Below the pieces are notes generated by a model, which saw only the letters and a program-made list of their open reading frames with translations, searched no databases and was not told the DNA's origin. The translations under genes were made by a program, and so were the position numbers. From Candidatus Yanofskybacteria bacterium RIFCSPHIGHO2_01_FULL_44_22 (GTDB lineage Bacteria; Patescibacteriota; Minisyncoccia; 2-02-FULL-40-12; GWA2-44-9): a stretch of DNA of 64,000 nt. The stretch spans positions 1,353 to 65,352 of the forward strand of contig MGJJ01000019.1 of the NCBI GenBank assembly GCA_001794205.1, given 5' to 3'. This document shows, piece after piece, positions 25,744 through 33,938 of the stretch; position 1 is the first letter of the stretch; each line of letters begins with the position of its first letter.

Positions 25744-26370
25744 ATGGAAAAAACATTAGAACAAATTTCTCAGAATTTTCTTTCCCAGGTGCAATTGTCG
25801 GCCGCACAAGCGGTAAAACCGTTTATTTTAGCCACAATTGGTTTGCCGGGTTCAGGAAGGACGACAGTAGCCCAAATGATTGCCGGTAAATTGCCGGGTG
25901 CTGTTTTAATCAGTTCCGACTCGGCCAGGTACTTGTTGAAAGAAACCGGTTTGCCCTGGGGAGAAAACGTAAGGCAAATTTTAAAAATGGTTGCCGTTGA
26001 TTTATTGAAAAAAGGATATGGTGTTGTTTTTGACGGCAATGCCGCAGACGAAGACGATAGGAAAAACATTGCGGAAATAGCCAACCAAACCGGAGCTAAA
26101 GTTTTCTATGTTCGAATAAACAGTAATCCCGAAATGGCAAAAGAAAGAAAGCGTGCTCAATATGAAAATCCCTCCTGGGTTTCCGGATTCGAACGGTTCA
26201 GAGTCAACACAACTGAAAAAATGCTGAAAAACATTGATGACCGCGTTGAGCTGCACAGGAAGCTTAACTCGGCGGATATTCCGAACCTGCTGGGAGAAAT
26301 GGAAAATAACGGTTCAAAAGAAGAACTGGATGAACGGGTTGACCGGCTTGTTGCGAAAATACTGCTCTAA
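25744..26370 (+). CDS. P-loop NTPase / putative kinase (AAA_33 / zeta-toxin-like fold)
   Basis: Walker A ATIGLPGSGRTTVAQ near the N-terminus. Small alpha/beta kinase-like size. Confidence 0.5.
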   Translation: MEKTLEQISQNFLSQVQLSAAQAVKPFILATIGLPGSGRTTVAQMIAGKLPGAVLISSDSARYLLKETGLPWGENVRQILKMVAVDLLKKGYGVVFDGNAADEDDRKNIAEIANQTGAKVFYVRINSNPEMAKERKRAQYENPSWVSGFERFRVNTTEKMLKNIDDRVELHRKLNSADIPNLLGEMENNGSKEELDERVDRLVAKILL

Positions 26371-26390
26371 AACTCGGATGATCAAACTTA

Positions 26391-26412
26391 AAACCGCCCT
26401 CCGGCGGTTTTA
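26391..26412. terminator. Bidirectional rho-independent terminator between the convergent P-loop gene and rpsT (aaaccgcc-ctcc-ggcggttt)
   Basis: A-run before and T-run after a 5-8 bp GC stem. Confidence 0.7.
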
Positions 26413-26414
26413 TA

Positions 26415-26669
26415 TTATTTTAGCAACTTGGCGGCTTTGGACTTGAGGCGCGAGGCCTTGTTTTTTTTTATGACTCCGCCTTTGGTCGCCTTGTCCAGTT
26501 TTTTATAGAGTTTTGGCAAAAGTTTCTGCATATCGTCTTTTTTGCCGGAAGCGGCAAGTTTCTTAAATTCTTTCGCAACCATTTTATAAGCGTTAATTTT
26601 GCGCAGATTTTCCACTCTTCTCTTTTTTGATTGTCTTAAGGCCTTTTCGGCCGATTTTGTTATTGGCAT
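26415..26669 (-). CDS. rpsT: 30S ribosomal protein S20
   Basis: MPITKSAEKALRQSKKRRVENLRKINAYK... is typical of bS20. 84 aa, Lys/Ala-rich. Confidence 0.9.
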   Translation of the reverse strand: MPITKSAEKALRQSKKRRVENLRKINAYKMVAKEFKKLAASGKKDDMQKLLPKLYKKLDKATKGGVIKKNKASRLKSKAAKLLK

Positions 26670-26685
26670 TTTTATAACCTGCGCG

Positions 26686-26730
26686 CCAGAAACAGGGAGC
26701 CCGAAATTATTGGGCTCATTCTGTTTCTGG
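26686..26730 (-). promoter_or_regulatory. 45-nt extended hairpin in the rpsT 5' leader (ccagaaacag..gagccc-loop-gggctc..ctgtttctgg), ending 11-16 nt upstream of the rpsT start codon
   Basis: Read directly. It is not followed by a U-tract on the coding strand, so it is unlikely to be an intrinsic terminator. Confidence 0.4.
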
Positions 26731-26808
26731 TCTTTCAGGTTTGTCCAATTTCTGCGTTAAAACTTCCGCGTCTTACTCGCCATATTTATAATATGGCTCG
26801 CTCGATGC

Positions 26809-27156
26809 TCAGTTTCGCCTTAAACTTGGCCAAACGCGCAAGGTCCTAATAGTATAAAGATATAAAAACAACGGGTTTATCTTATCATACTCGGCTTTTT
26901 TATGCAATTTTTTGTTTTTGGGAAAAAATTCTTTTAGTTCTTTGTAGAGCTGGGCGGCAAGAGTTTTGTTGTGGGAAATGACCAATGTCGGCCGGCCGTA
27001 ATTTTCTATTACTTTTGCCAAGGTGAATGTTTTACCGGAACCGGTTACGCCCAAAAGCACCTGGTGTTTTTTTCCGGATTTCAAACCCTCGGCCAGTTTA
27101 GTTATCGCGGCTGGTTGGTCGCCAGTAGGTTGATATTTTGATGAAAGTTTGAACAT
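26809..27156 (-). pseudogene. uvrB: N-terminal remnant (~90 codons) of excinuclease ABC subunit B (uvrB); reading frame diverges after FFPKN and terminates
   Basis: [24 protein letters not shown]...[44 protein letters not shown] matches the UvrB N-terminus. The expected AVEYFVSYYDYYQPEAY continuation is absent in all three frames. Confidence 0.7.
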
Positions 27157-27246
27157 TGAGCTTTATAATGCTAATCTACAAATGATATCCGAATGCTACG
27201 AATAATAATTCGGGTGTGCGCATTTGTAGCGCGCTGTTCGCATACT

Positions 27247-27885
27247 ATGATTAGCTTTCTTGAGGGCAAAATTGAATACTTGGGGGACAAATTCGTCATT
27301 TTAAGCGCGGGGGGCATAGGATATAAGGTGAGTATAGTCCCCAATCTGCTGAATATTCTATCAAAAAGTCAAGCCGGGGTCAACCCCGAACGAAGTCGCG
27401 AGGGCACGCAGCGCGCCTCTACTTCGTACGGGGTCAATACCGTTAAAATGTTTATCCATTCCCAGCTAAATATGCGGGAAGGCACCTTTGATTTGTATGG
27501 GTTTGATAAAAAAGAAGATTTGGACCTGTTTAATACTCTAATTTCCGTTTCCGGCATCGGACCCAAAAACGCTCTTAACATCATGTCATCGGTGGAACCG
27601 AGGCATCTTAAGGCGGCGGTGGTCAATGATGATGCCGATTTTTTGAAAAAAGTTTCCGGCCTTGGCCCAAAAACCGCCCAAAGATTAATTTTGGAATTGA
27701 AAAATAAAGTTGATTATTTGGAAGATATTGACGGACTTGATTTGGGACAGGAGGGCCATGCCATGGAGGCTTTGCTTGCCCTTGGTTACAGCGCAAATCA
27801 GGCGAAAGATGTTCTCAAAGAAGCAAAAGGAGAGACGCTGGAGAATCGGGTGCGAGATGCGTTAAAAATTTTAGGGAAGAAATGA
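27247..27885 (+). CDS. ruvA: Holliday junction DNA helicase subunit RuvA (carrying an 18-aa in-frame mini-element insertion in domain I)
   Basis: MISFLEGKIEY start. HhH motifs (ISVSGIGPKNALNIMS, VSGLGPKTAQRLILELK). C-terminal RuvB-interaction helix (LALGYSANQAKDVLKE). The ATG at 27247 is preferred over the upstream ORF start. Confidence 0.85.
   Translation: MISFLEGKIEYLGDKFVILSAGGIGYKVSIVPNLLNILSKSQAGVNPERSREGTQRASTSYGVNTVKMFIHSQLNMREGTFDLYGFDKKEDLDLFNTLISVSGIGPKNALNIMSSVEPRHLKAAVVNDDADFLKKVSGLGPKTAQRLILELKNKVDYLEDIDGLDLGQEGHAMEALLALGYSANQAKDVLKEAKGETLENRVRDALKILGKK
27385..27432. mobile_element. Second copy of the 48-nt palindromic mini-element, in-frame in ruvA; flanked by direct repeat GGGGTCAA (27376-27383 / 27430-27437), total insertion 54 nt
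   Basis: cccgaacgaagtcgcgagggcacgcagcgcgcctctacttcgtacggg matches the secA copy at about 44 of 48 positions. It encodes PERSREGTQRASTSYG and duplicates codons G-V-N. Confidence 0.6.
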
Positions 27886-28859
27886 GCAGAACATTTTTAC
27901 AAACTGCGGAGTGGCTGGATTTTCAGAAATCATTGGGCCGCAAGGTCTGGCATTTTGACGACGGGAAAATAAGGGCCAATATTATCAAGCACGATTTGCC
28001 CTTAAAAAAAAGCTATCTTTATATACCCCACGGGCCGGAAATTATTTTTGACGAAATTAAATCCGGCTTATCAAACGAACTCAAAAATTTTATCGGTTAT
28101 CTCAAAAAAACAGGCAAAGAGGAAAGAGCTATTTTTATAAAAATGGAACCACTTTTGGATATGGTTCCGGAGCTTTTGCATCAAGCCGGCATAAAAATCA
28201 AGAAATCTTCCAAAAAGGTCCAGCCTCAAAAAACAGTGGTGTTGAATCTTGGCTTGGAAGAAAATGAGCTTTTATCGCGAATGCACCACAAAACAAGATA
28301 TAACATCAATCTTGCGGAGAAAAAAGAATTAAAACTAATTGAAAGCGATGATGTAAAATCTTTTTGGAAATTGTTGAAAAAAACGGCGAAGGCCGACCGT
28401 TTTACCACCCATAATTTTGAATATTACGAAGGGTTGCTTAATTTTTTTAAGGATGGTGAAATTACCGCCAAATTATTTATTGTTAATTACGAAAATAAAC
28501 CGATTGCGGGAGCAATAGTTATGCTGTACGGAGACATAGCGTATTATTTGCACGGCGCTTCCGACCGCGATTACCGCAGTTTAATGGCGCCTTATTTTAT
28601 GCATTGGGAGATTATTAAATTATTAAAAGAGACCCCGAAGGAGTTGCTTCGCAACCCTACGGGGCAGGCAAGCGACCAGGGACAAGGGACAAGGTGTAAA
28701 TATTACGATTTTTGGGGAATTGATGCCAACAAATGGCCCGGGGTGACACGATTTAAACTGGGCTGGGGCGGAGAAACGGTTGAATACCCCGGCTCATTTG
28801 ACCTGCCGATTTCCAAAATTTGGTATTGGATATATAAAATAGCCAAAAAAACATTTTAA
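27882..28859 (+). CDS. FemAB-family peptidoglycan interpeptide-bridge aminoacyltransferase (Fem/MurM-like)
   Basis: N-terminal FLQTAEWLDFQKSLGRKVWHF and YLYIPHGPE are typical of PF02388 Fem proteins. It is adjacent to a Mur ligase gene. Confidence 0.65.
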   Translation: MSRTFLQTAEWLDFQKSLGRKVWHFDDGKIRANIIKHDLPLKKSYLYIPHGPEIIFDEIKSGLSNELKNFIGYLKKTGKEERAIFIKMEPLLDMVPELLHQAGIKIKKSSKKVQPQKTVVLNLGLEENELLSRMHHKTRYNINLAEKKELKLIESDDVKSFWKLLKKTAKADRFTTHNFEYYEGLLNFFKDGEITAKLFIVNYENKPIAGAIVMLYGDIAYYLHGASDRDYRSLMAPYFMHWEIIKLLKETPKELLRNPTGQASDQGQGTRCKYYDFWGIDANKWPGVTRFKLGWGGETVEYPGSFDLPISKIWYWIYKIAKKTF

Positions 28860-30163
28860 TGTTCAAAGAAGGTCTATTGGATAAAATTTTATATAAAGTT
28901 AAAAAGCTGATTCCGAAATCGGTTTTTAATTTTTTTGCACCGCTTTATCATGCCGGCTTAGCTTATGCCGGAGCGGTAATTTACGGGTTTCCGTCCCGTA
29001 AAATGAAAGTAATCGGCGTTACGGGAACCAAAGGCAAATCAACGACGGTGTTTTTAATAGCAAAAATTTTGGAAAATTCCGGCAAGAAAGTTGCCGCTAT
29101 CGGTTCGCTCGGATTTAAAATAAAAGAACGGGAATGGCCCAATACTTTGAAAATGACCATGCCGGGCCGTTTTAAATTGCAGAAATTTCTTCGGGAAGCC
29201 CGAAAGGCCGGCTGCAAATATGTCGTGTTGGAAGTCACCTCCGAGGGCATCAAACAGAAAAGACATCTTGGAATTAAATTTGACTGCGCCGTTTTTACGA
29301 ATTTGCATAAGGAACATATAGAAAACCACGGCTCCTTTGAAAATTACAGGAAAGCAAAAGAAGAACTGTTCAGGCTCACCCCAAACAATCATGTATTGAA
29401 TGCCGATGACGCATCGGTTGAACATTTCAGCAAGTACTCCGCCGATAAAAAAATACTCTTTGGAATAAAAGGCGGCGATATGAAAGCAAGCTGCATTGTC
29501 AGCGGCAAAATGGGCGTGGAATTTGAAATTTACGGCACCATGTTTAAAACCAAGCTCTTCGGCGAATTCAATGTTTATAATTGTTTGGCGGCGCTTTCCG
29601 TCGGGGCGGTTTACGGTCTTGATTTGCCGGCGATGAAACCGGCGATTGAAAGAATCGAGGAAATTCCCGGCCGAATGCAGTTTGTGCAAAAAGAGCCGTT
29701 TGCGGTAGTGGTGGATTATGCCCATACGCCGGACTCGCTGGAAAGCGTCTATAAAGCGCTTTCAAGTCCAAAACCTCAAAGGTTGATTTGCGTTTTGGGG
29801 GCGGCGGGAGGCGGGAGGGATAAGTGGAAAAGGCCGGAGTTCGGCAGAATCGCGAAAAAATATTGTGATGAAATAATATTAACAAATGAAGACCCGTACG
29901 ACGAGAACCCGCTTTCAATTTTAAAAGAAATTGAAAGCGGGTTCTCGCAATTACCAATTACCAATTACCAATTACCAAATTATGAAATAATTCTTGACCG
30001 GCGGGAGGCGATAAAAAAGGCGATAAACAACGCGGAAACGGGTGACACGGTGATTATTACCGGCAAAGGTTCGGAAACGTCCATAGCCGTGTCAGGTGGC
30101 AGAAGAATTCCCTGGTCTGACGCTCAAATCGTCCGGGAGCTGATTGACGCAGCCAGCCGATAG
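28859..30163 (+). CDS. Mur ligase family protein (MurE/MurT-like; central ATPase domain without a long N-terminal domain)
   Basis: P-loop KVIGVTGTKGKSTTVFLIA. Mur ligase middle domain (DYAHTPDSL) and C-terminal domain. Confidence 0.8.
   Translation: MFKEGLLDKILYKVKKLIPKSVFNFFAPLYHAGLAYAGAVIYGFPSRKMKVIGVTGTKGKSTTVFLIAKILENSGKKVAAIGSLGFKIKEREWPNTLKMTMPGRFKLQKFLREARKAGCKYVVLEVTSEGIKQKRHLGIKFDCAVFTNLHKEHIENHGSFENYRKAKEELFRLTPNNHVLNADDASVEHFSKYSADKKILFGIKGGDMKASCIVSGKMGVEFEIYGTMFKTKLFGEFNVYNCLAALSVGAVYGLDLPAMKPAIERIEEIPGRMQFVQKEPFAVVVDYAHTPDSLESVYKALSSPKPQRLICVLGAAGGGRDKWKRPEFGRIAKKYCDEIILTNEDPYDENPLSILKEIESGFSQLPITNYQLPNYEIILDRREAIKKAINNAETGDTVIITGKGSETSIAVSGGRRIPWSDAQIVRELIDAASR
29947..29980 (+). 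repeat. Heptanucleotide simple-sequence repeat (caattac)x4 plus partial copy, inside the Mur ligase coding region
   Basis: Read directly. It encodes LPITNYQLPNYEI. The unit length is not a multiple of 3. Confidence 0.85.
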
Positions 30164-30215
30164 GTTTATTATTTTTTCATCCAAGTGTTTCTTTACAATT
30201 GCAGGAAGGTGAACT

Positions 30216-30830
30216 ATGCCGGGGCGTTCATCCATTCGGGAGCTTCAGAAGTATTATTATTCGATTTTCGGAGACCGGTGCACGCTCGACCATATTATCC
30301 CCAAAAGCCGCAACGGTCCCCATAAAGAATTTAATTTGTTCCCTTTCGACAAAAACAGGCATCAGGCCTGGCATGCTCTTTTTTGGAACATGACCGTCTT
30401 TGAAGTCTGGGAACGACTGGGCGAAATTCATAATTTGATATTCAATTCGCCGACAAGCAGAATCAGACCGGTGTGGTTTGACGTTTGCAAATTGGAAAAA
30501 GGCGGTGTGAACAAAAGATTGGCATTTAAAGGTCTTAAAATAAAAGTCATCGCTAATCCCACGGACGTTAACGTTCTTAAGAAAAATTGGCTGTGTTGTT
30601 TTAAAAGTACAAAACTGGATGATGCCGTTAACTTTGTGGCGTACAAAATGCTGTTCATTATCTTCGGCAGAAAAGTGGCGGAGATGGCTCTGCCGGAAAA
30701 TAATGAAGATTTTTCAGGGATGATGAGAAACATAATTTCGGTTGACGTCAGAGCGTTGGAATGTCTGGGTGTTTTGGATATTCGGCTTCTGGAAAGAACC
30801 GCAAACGAGCTTACACGCAGATTCGCTTAG
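30216..30830 (+). CDS. HNH endonuclease domain protein (stand-alone)
   Basis: HNH core CTLDHIIPKSRNGPHKEFNLFPFDKNRHQAWH (Cys/Asp-His...Asn...His). The remaining ~140 aa are uncharacterised. Confidence 0.55.
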   Translation: MPGRSSIRELQKYYYSIFGDRCTLDHIIPKSRNGPHKEFNLFPFDKNRHQAWHALFWNMTVFEVWERLGEIHNLIFNSPTSRIRPVWFDVCKLEKGGVNKRLAFKGLKIKVIANPTDVNVLKKNWLCCFKSTKLDDAVNFVAYKMLFIIFGRKVAEMALPENNEDFSGMMRNIISVDVRALECLGVLDIRLLERTANELTRRFA

Positions 30831-30848
30831 CCCCTTAAGGGCTTTTTT
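30830..30848 (+). terminator. Rho-independent terminator (gccc-cttaa-gggc + TTTTTT)
   Basis: Read directly, immediately after the HNH gene stop. Confidence 0.7.
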
Positions 30849-30878
30849 GTTATTCCGATTGGTGGTATTATTTTTAAT

Positions 30879-31370
30879 GTGGAATCATACCCTCAACAAC
30901 CGCAGGCGGAGCTAACCGCCAGAAGGGAAAAGAAAATCCCGACTCTTAGCGGACCCGGAATTTTTTGGGTGTTTATTATCATTGTTCTGGTTTTAACGGC
31001 GGTTGCCATAAATTTGCTTGGCAATCCCGGAGGCGGGGACGGTTTGGCCTCCATCCCGCCGTCAATCGACGAAACTCCAGGCGAGACCAGACAGCCGAGA
31101 CTTTACACCGTTTCTTACCGGGCTGGCGTGTTTAGCCCCACCAATTTGAAAATACACTCCGGCGACACGGTGCGGTTCAAAAATGACGGCCTTTTGTCGA
31201 TACGAGTGGTTTCCGACCCTCATCCGGAACACAACAACCTTGTCGGTTTTGACAGTATCGGCGATATTCCGCAGGGAAGTTATTTCTCATTCACTTTCGC
31301 GGCTAAGGGAATTTTTGGATATCACAACGAAAAAAATATAAACGAAGCGGGAACGATAATAATAAGATAA
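30879..31370 (+). CDS. Hypothetical membrane-anchored protein with small beta-rich (cupredoxin-like) C-terminal domain, no Cu-ligand Cys
   Basis: N-terminal TM (IFWVFIIIVLVLTAVAI), Gly/Pro linker, beta-strand-like C-terminus. Weak assignment. Confidence 0.35.
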   Translation: MESYPQQPQAELTARREKKIPTLSGPGIFWVFIIIVLVLTAVAINLLGNPGGGDGLASIPPSIDETPGETRQPRLYTVSYRAGVFSPTNLKIHSGDTVRFKNDGLLSIRVVSDPHPEHNNLVGFDSIGDIPQGSYFSFTFAAKGIFGYHNEKNINEAGTIIIR

Positions 31371-31374
31371 GCCG

Positions 31375-31653
31375 ATGAAGAATCCTCTGACAATGCGGGT
31401 GGAATCTTCGATGGGGGCGGTTTTTATCGTTCTTTTGGCGGCTTTTTTCGTGGGGCTGTTTTTTATCGCCTTGAAAAATTTCCGAAGCGATACCGAAATT
31501 TTAGACGCCCAGGAAACCAGGATTAAGGTCGTTTCCGCAACTGAAAGATTTTTAATGGAATCGTGGATGAAAGAAAACCAAATTTCTTTTCCCGAAGGTA
31601 AAAATCTGCGCTATCTTATTCCGCAGTATCCTTCGCGGCCGTGGCTGAAATGA
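31375..31653 (+). CDS. Small hypothetical membrane protein (92 aa)
   Basis: Single TM (AVFIVLLAAFFVGLFFIAL). No homology recognised. Confidence 0.3.
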   Translation: MKNPLTMRVESSMGAVFIVLLAAFFVGLFFIALKNFRSDTEILDAQETRIKVVSATERFLMESWMKENQISFPEGKNLRYLIPQYPSRPWLK

Positions 31654-31702
31654 CAAGAATGAACAGCGAATAGACTATGGCTAATGGGCAAGAAACAAGA
31701 AA

Positions 31703-32539
31703 ATGATTTTCAATTTCAGATTATTCATTAAGGAGTGCGTTATTTTTGCCGCCACTTTGGCGGTTGGCATTTTGTCCGCCGAACGTCTGGCGGTTTCCGC
31801 TTTTACCGGAACGGCTTTTGAAACGTTCGCATTTTCCTTATGGGATATTATTGCCTTAGCCGTCGCCATTCTTGTTTTTGTTTTGGCTTTAAAATACAGG
31901 AAAATCGGCAGCTTTTTATTTCAAGGTATTTTGGTTTTCATAATCTTGGGCGGAGCGCAGGTTGTTGCCGGAGTTTTTCTGAACGCTCCTTGGGATTTTT
32001 TGGCGGCGGTTATTCTGCTGGCGGCGTTTTTAATCGTTCGCAATGTTTTGATGCACAATGCCGGCGTGCTTTTGGGAATTGCCGGCTTGGGAGCGGCCGT
32101 AGGCGTCGGCATCCATCCCCAAACGGCGATTTGGCTTCTGGTAATTTTATCGGTTTACGACATTCTGGCCGTATACAAAACCAAACATATGGTCCGAATG
32201 GCCAAGGCCATGCTGGAAAGCGGCGCTATTTTCGGTTTCATAATTCCTTTTGAGTGGAAGGGATTTTTTTACGGCAAAAAGGAGGCCCAGGCGCGCGCCG
32301 GGGAAAAATTCATGATTTTGGGTTCCGGCGACAGCGTTGTGCCCTTGTTTCTGGCCGCATCTCTTGTTAAAATTTCATTAGGGCAGGCGATTTTAGTGGG
32401 CCTGTTCGCGATTGGCGGCCTTTTCGTCACCCACTTGATTTTTATCAATCAAAAAGAACGAAAACCGATGGCCGCCCTTCCGCCCATTGCCACTTTTGCG
32501 ATAATCGGATATCTTTTGGCGGCCTTTTTAAATCTTTAA
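31703..32539 (+). CDS. Polytopic membrane protein with presenilin/signal-peptide-peptidase-like intramembrane aspartyl protease motifs (YD ... GxGD ... PAL-like)
   Basis: VYDILAVYKTKH (YD), FMILGSGDSVVP (GxGD) and AALPPIA (PAL-like) are spaced ~55 and ~50 aa apart within a 7-9 TM protein. Confidence 0.5.
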   Translation: MIFNFRLFIKECVIFAATLAVGILSAERLAVSAFTGTAFETFAFSLWDIIALAVAILVFVLALKYRKIGSFLFQGILVFIILGGAQVVAGVFLNAPWDFLAAVILLAAFLIVRNVLMHNAGVLLGIAGLGAAVGVGIHPQTAIWLLVILSVYDILAVYKTKHMVRMAKAMLESGAIFGFIIPFEWKGFFYGKKEAQARAGEKFMILGSGDSVVPLFLAASLVKISLGQAILVGLFAIGGLFVTHLIFINQKERKPMAALPPIATFAIIGYLLAAFLNL

Positions 32540-32549
32540 ATATTTTAAC

Positions 32550-33920
32550 GTGATTCTTACTTTTCACGGAGGAGCAAAAATTGTAACCGGCGCCAATTAT
32601 CTGCTGGCTCACGGCGATAAAAAAATTCTTGTTGACTGCGGCTTGTTCCAGGGCTCGCGCTATGCCGAGGAATTGAATTACGAAAAATTTGCTTTCAACC
32701 CGGCGGAGATTGATTTTGTTTTTGTCACTCACAGCCACACCGACCACTCGGGACGCTTGCCCAAACTTTATAAAGAAGGTTTTCGGGGCAGGATAATCGC
32801 CACCAGACCAACCCTTGATATGATAAAAACGGCGCTGCCGGACAACCTTACTTTGATAAAAGAAGAAGCGGCCAAGGATGGCCATGAACCTCTTTTCACC
32901 GCCGATGATTTGGCAGAAGTTTTAAAACTGGCGGAAGGTTTTAATTATGAAGAAGAAATTAAACTGGGAAACGGTCTGACGGCCCGTCTTTTGGACGCCG
33001 GTCATATTTTGGGGTCGTCGATTGTAGAAATTTCTTTTGGAGACAAGAAAATTTATTTTTCCGGCGACCTTGGCAATCCGCCGACGCCGCTCCTTAAGCC
33101 CACAGTTTTTGTTAAAAACGCCGATTATGCGATTGTGGAATCGGCCTACGGCGCGAGGATTCACGAAGACAAAAGAGAAAGAAAGGAAATACTGGAAAAA
33201 GTCATTGAAGAAACCATCACCAACGGCGGTACATTGATGGTGCCTTCGTTTGCAATGGAAAGAACCCAGGAGCTTTTGTATGAATTGAACGAGCTCATCA
33301 ACCATAATCGAATTCCGCGAGTGCCGATTTTCGTAGACTCGCCTTTGGCCATCAATCTTACCGAAGTTTATAAAAAATATCCGGATTATTTTAATAAAAC
33401 TGCCGCTTACCTTATTAATTCCGGGGATGACATATTTAATTTTCCGGGATTGAAATTTACCAGGACAGTTAACGAGTCGAAAACCATTAACGACATTGTC
33501 GGGCCGAAGGTGATTATCGCCGGTTCCGGCATGTCCAACGGCGGACGGATTTTACATCACGAGCAAAGATATCTGCCGGACCCGAAATCAACCATTCTGT
33601 TTATCGGCTATCAGGTGGAAGGAACTTTGGGCAGAAAGATTCTGGATGGTCAAAAAGAAGTTTCCATATTCGGACAAATGGTGCCGGTTAATTGTCAGGT
33701 AAAAGCAATCGGCGGATATTCCGCCCATGCCGACCAAAATATGCTTACGGAGTGGATTAAAAGCGCGGCTGTCGGCGGAAAGTTAAAAAACGTTTTCATC
33801 GTTCAGGGCGAAGAAGATTCCGCCCGGGCTCTGGCGGACAGAATCAAAAAAGAGCTTGGCGTCAACTCCACTGTGCCCGATATCGGTGCGAGTTTTGACC
33901 TTGAAGCGGGAATCGGATAA
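32550..33920 (+). CDS. MBL-fold beta-CASP ribonuclease (RNase J / CPSF-like)
   Basis: HSHTDHSG metallo-beta-lactamase motif. Beta-CASP-type downstream motifs (GYSAHADQ). Size 456 aa. Confidence 0.75.
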   Translation: MILTFHGGAKIVTGANYLLAHGDKKILVDCGLFQGSRYAEELNYEKFAFNPAEIDFVFVTHSHTDHSGRLPKLYKEGFRGRIIATRPTLDMIKTALPDNLTLIKEEAAKDGHEPLFTADDLAEVLKLAEGFNYEEEIKLGNGLTARLLDAGHILGSSIVEISFGDKKIYFSGDLGNPPTPLLKPTVFVKNADYAIVESAYGARIHEDKRERKEILEKVIEETITNGGTLMVPSFAMERTQELLYELNELINHNRIPRVPIFVDSPLAINLTEVYKKYPDYFNKTAAYLINSGDDIFNFPGLKFTRTVNESKTINDIVGPKVIIAGSGMSNGGRILHHEQRYLPDPKSTILFIGYQVEGTLGRKILDGQKEVSIFGQMVPVNCQVKAIGGYSAHADQNMLTEWIKSAAVGGKLKNVFIVQGEEDSARALADRIKKELGVNSTVPDIGASFDLEAGIG

Positions 33921-33938
33921 ACTTAAAATAACATTGTT

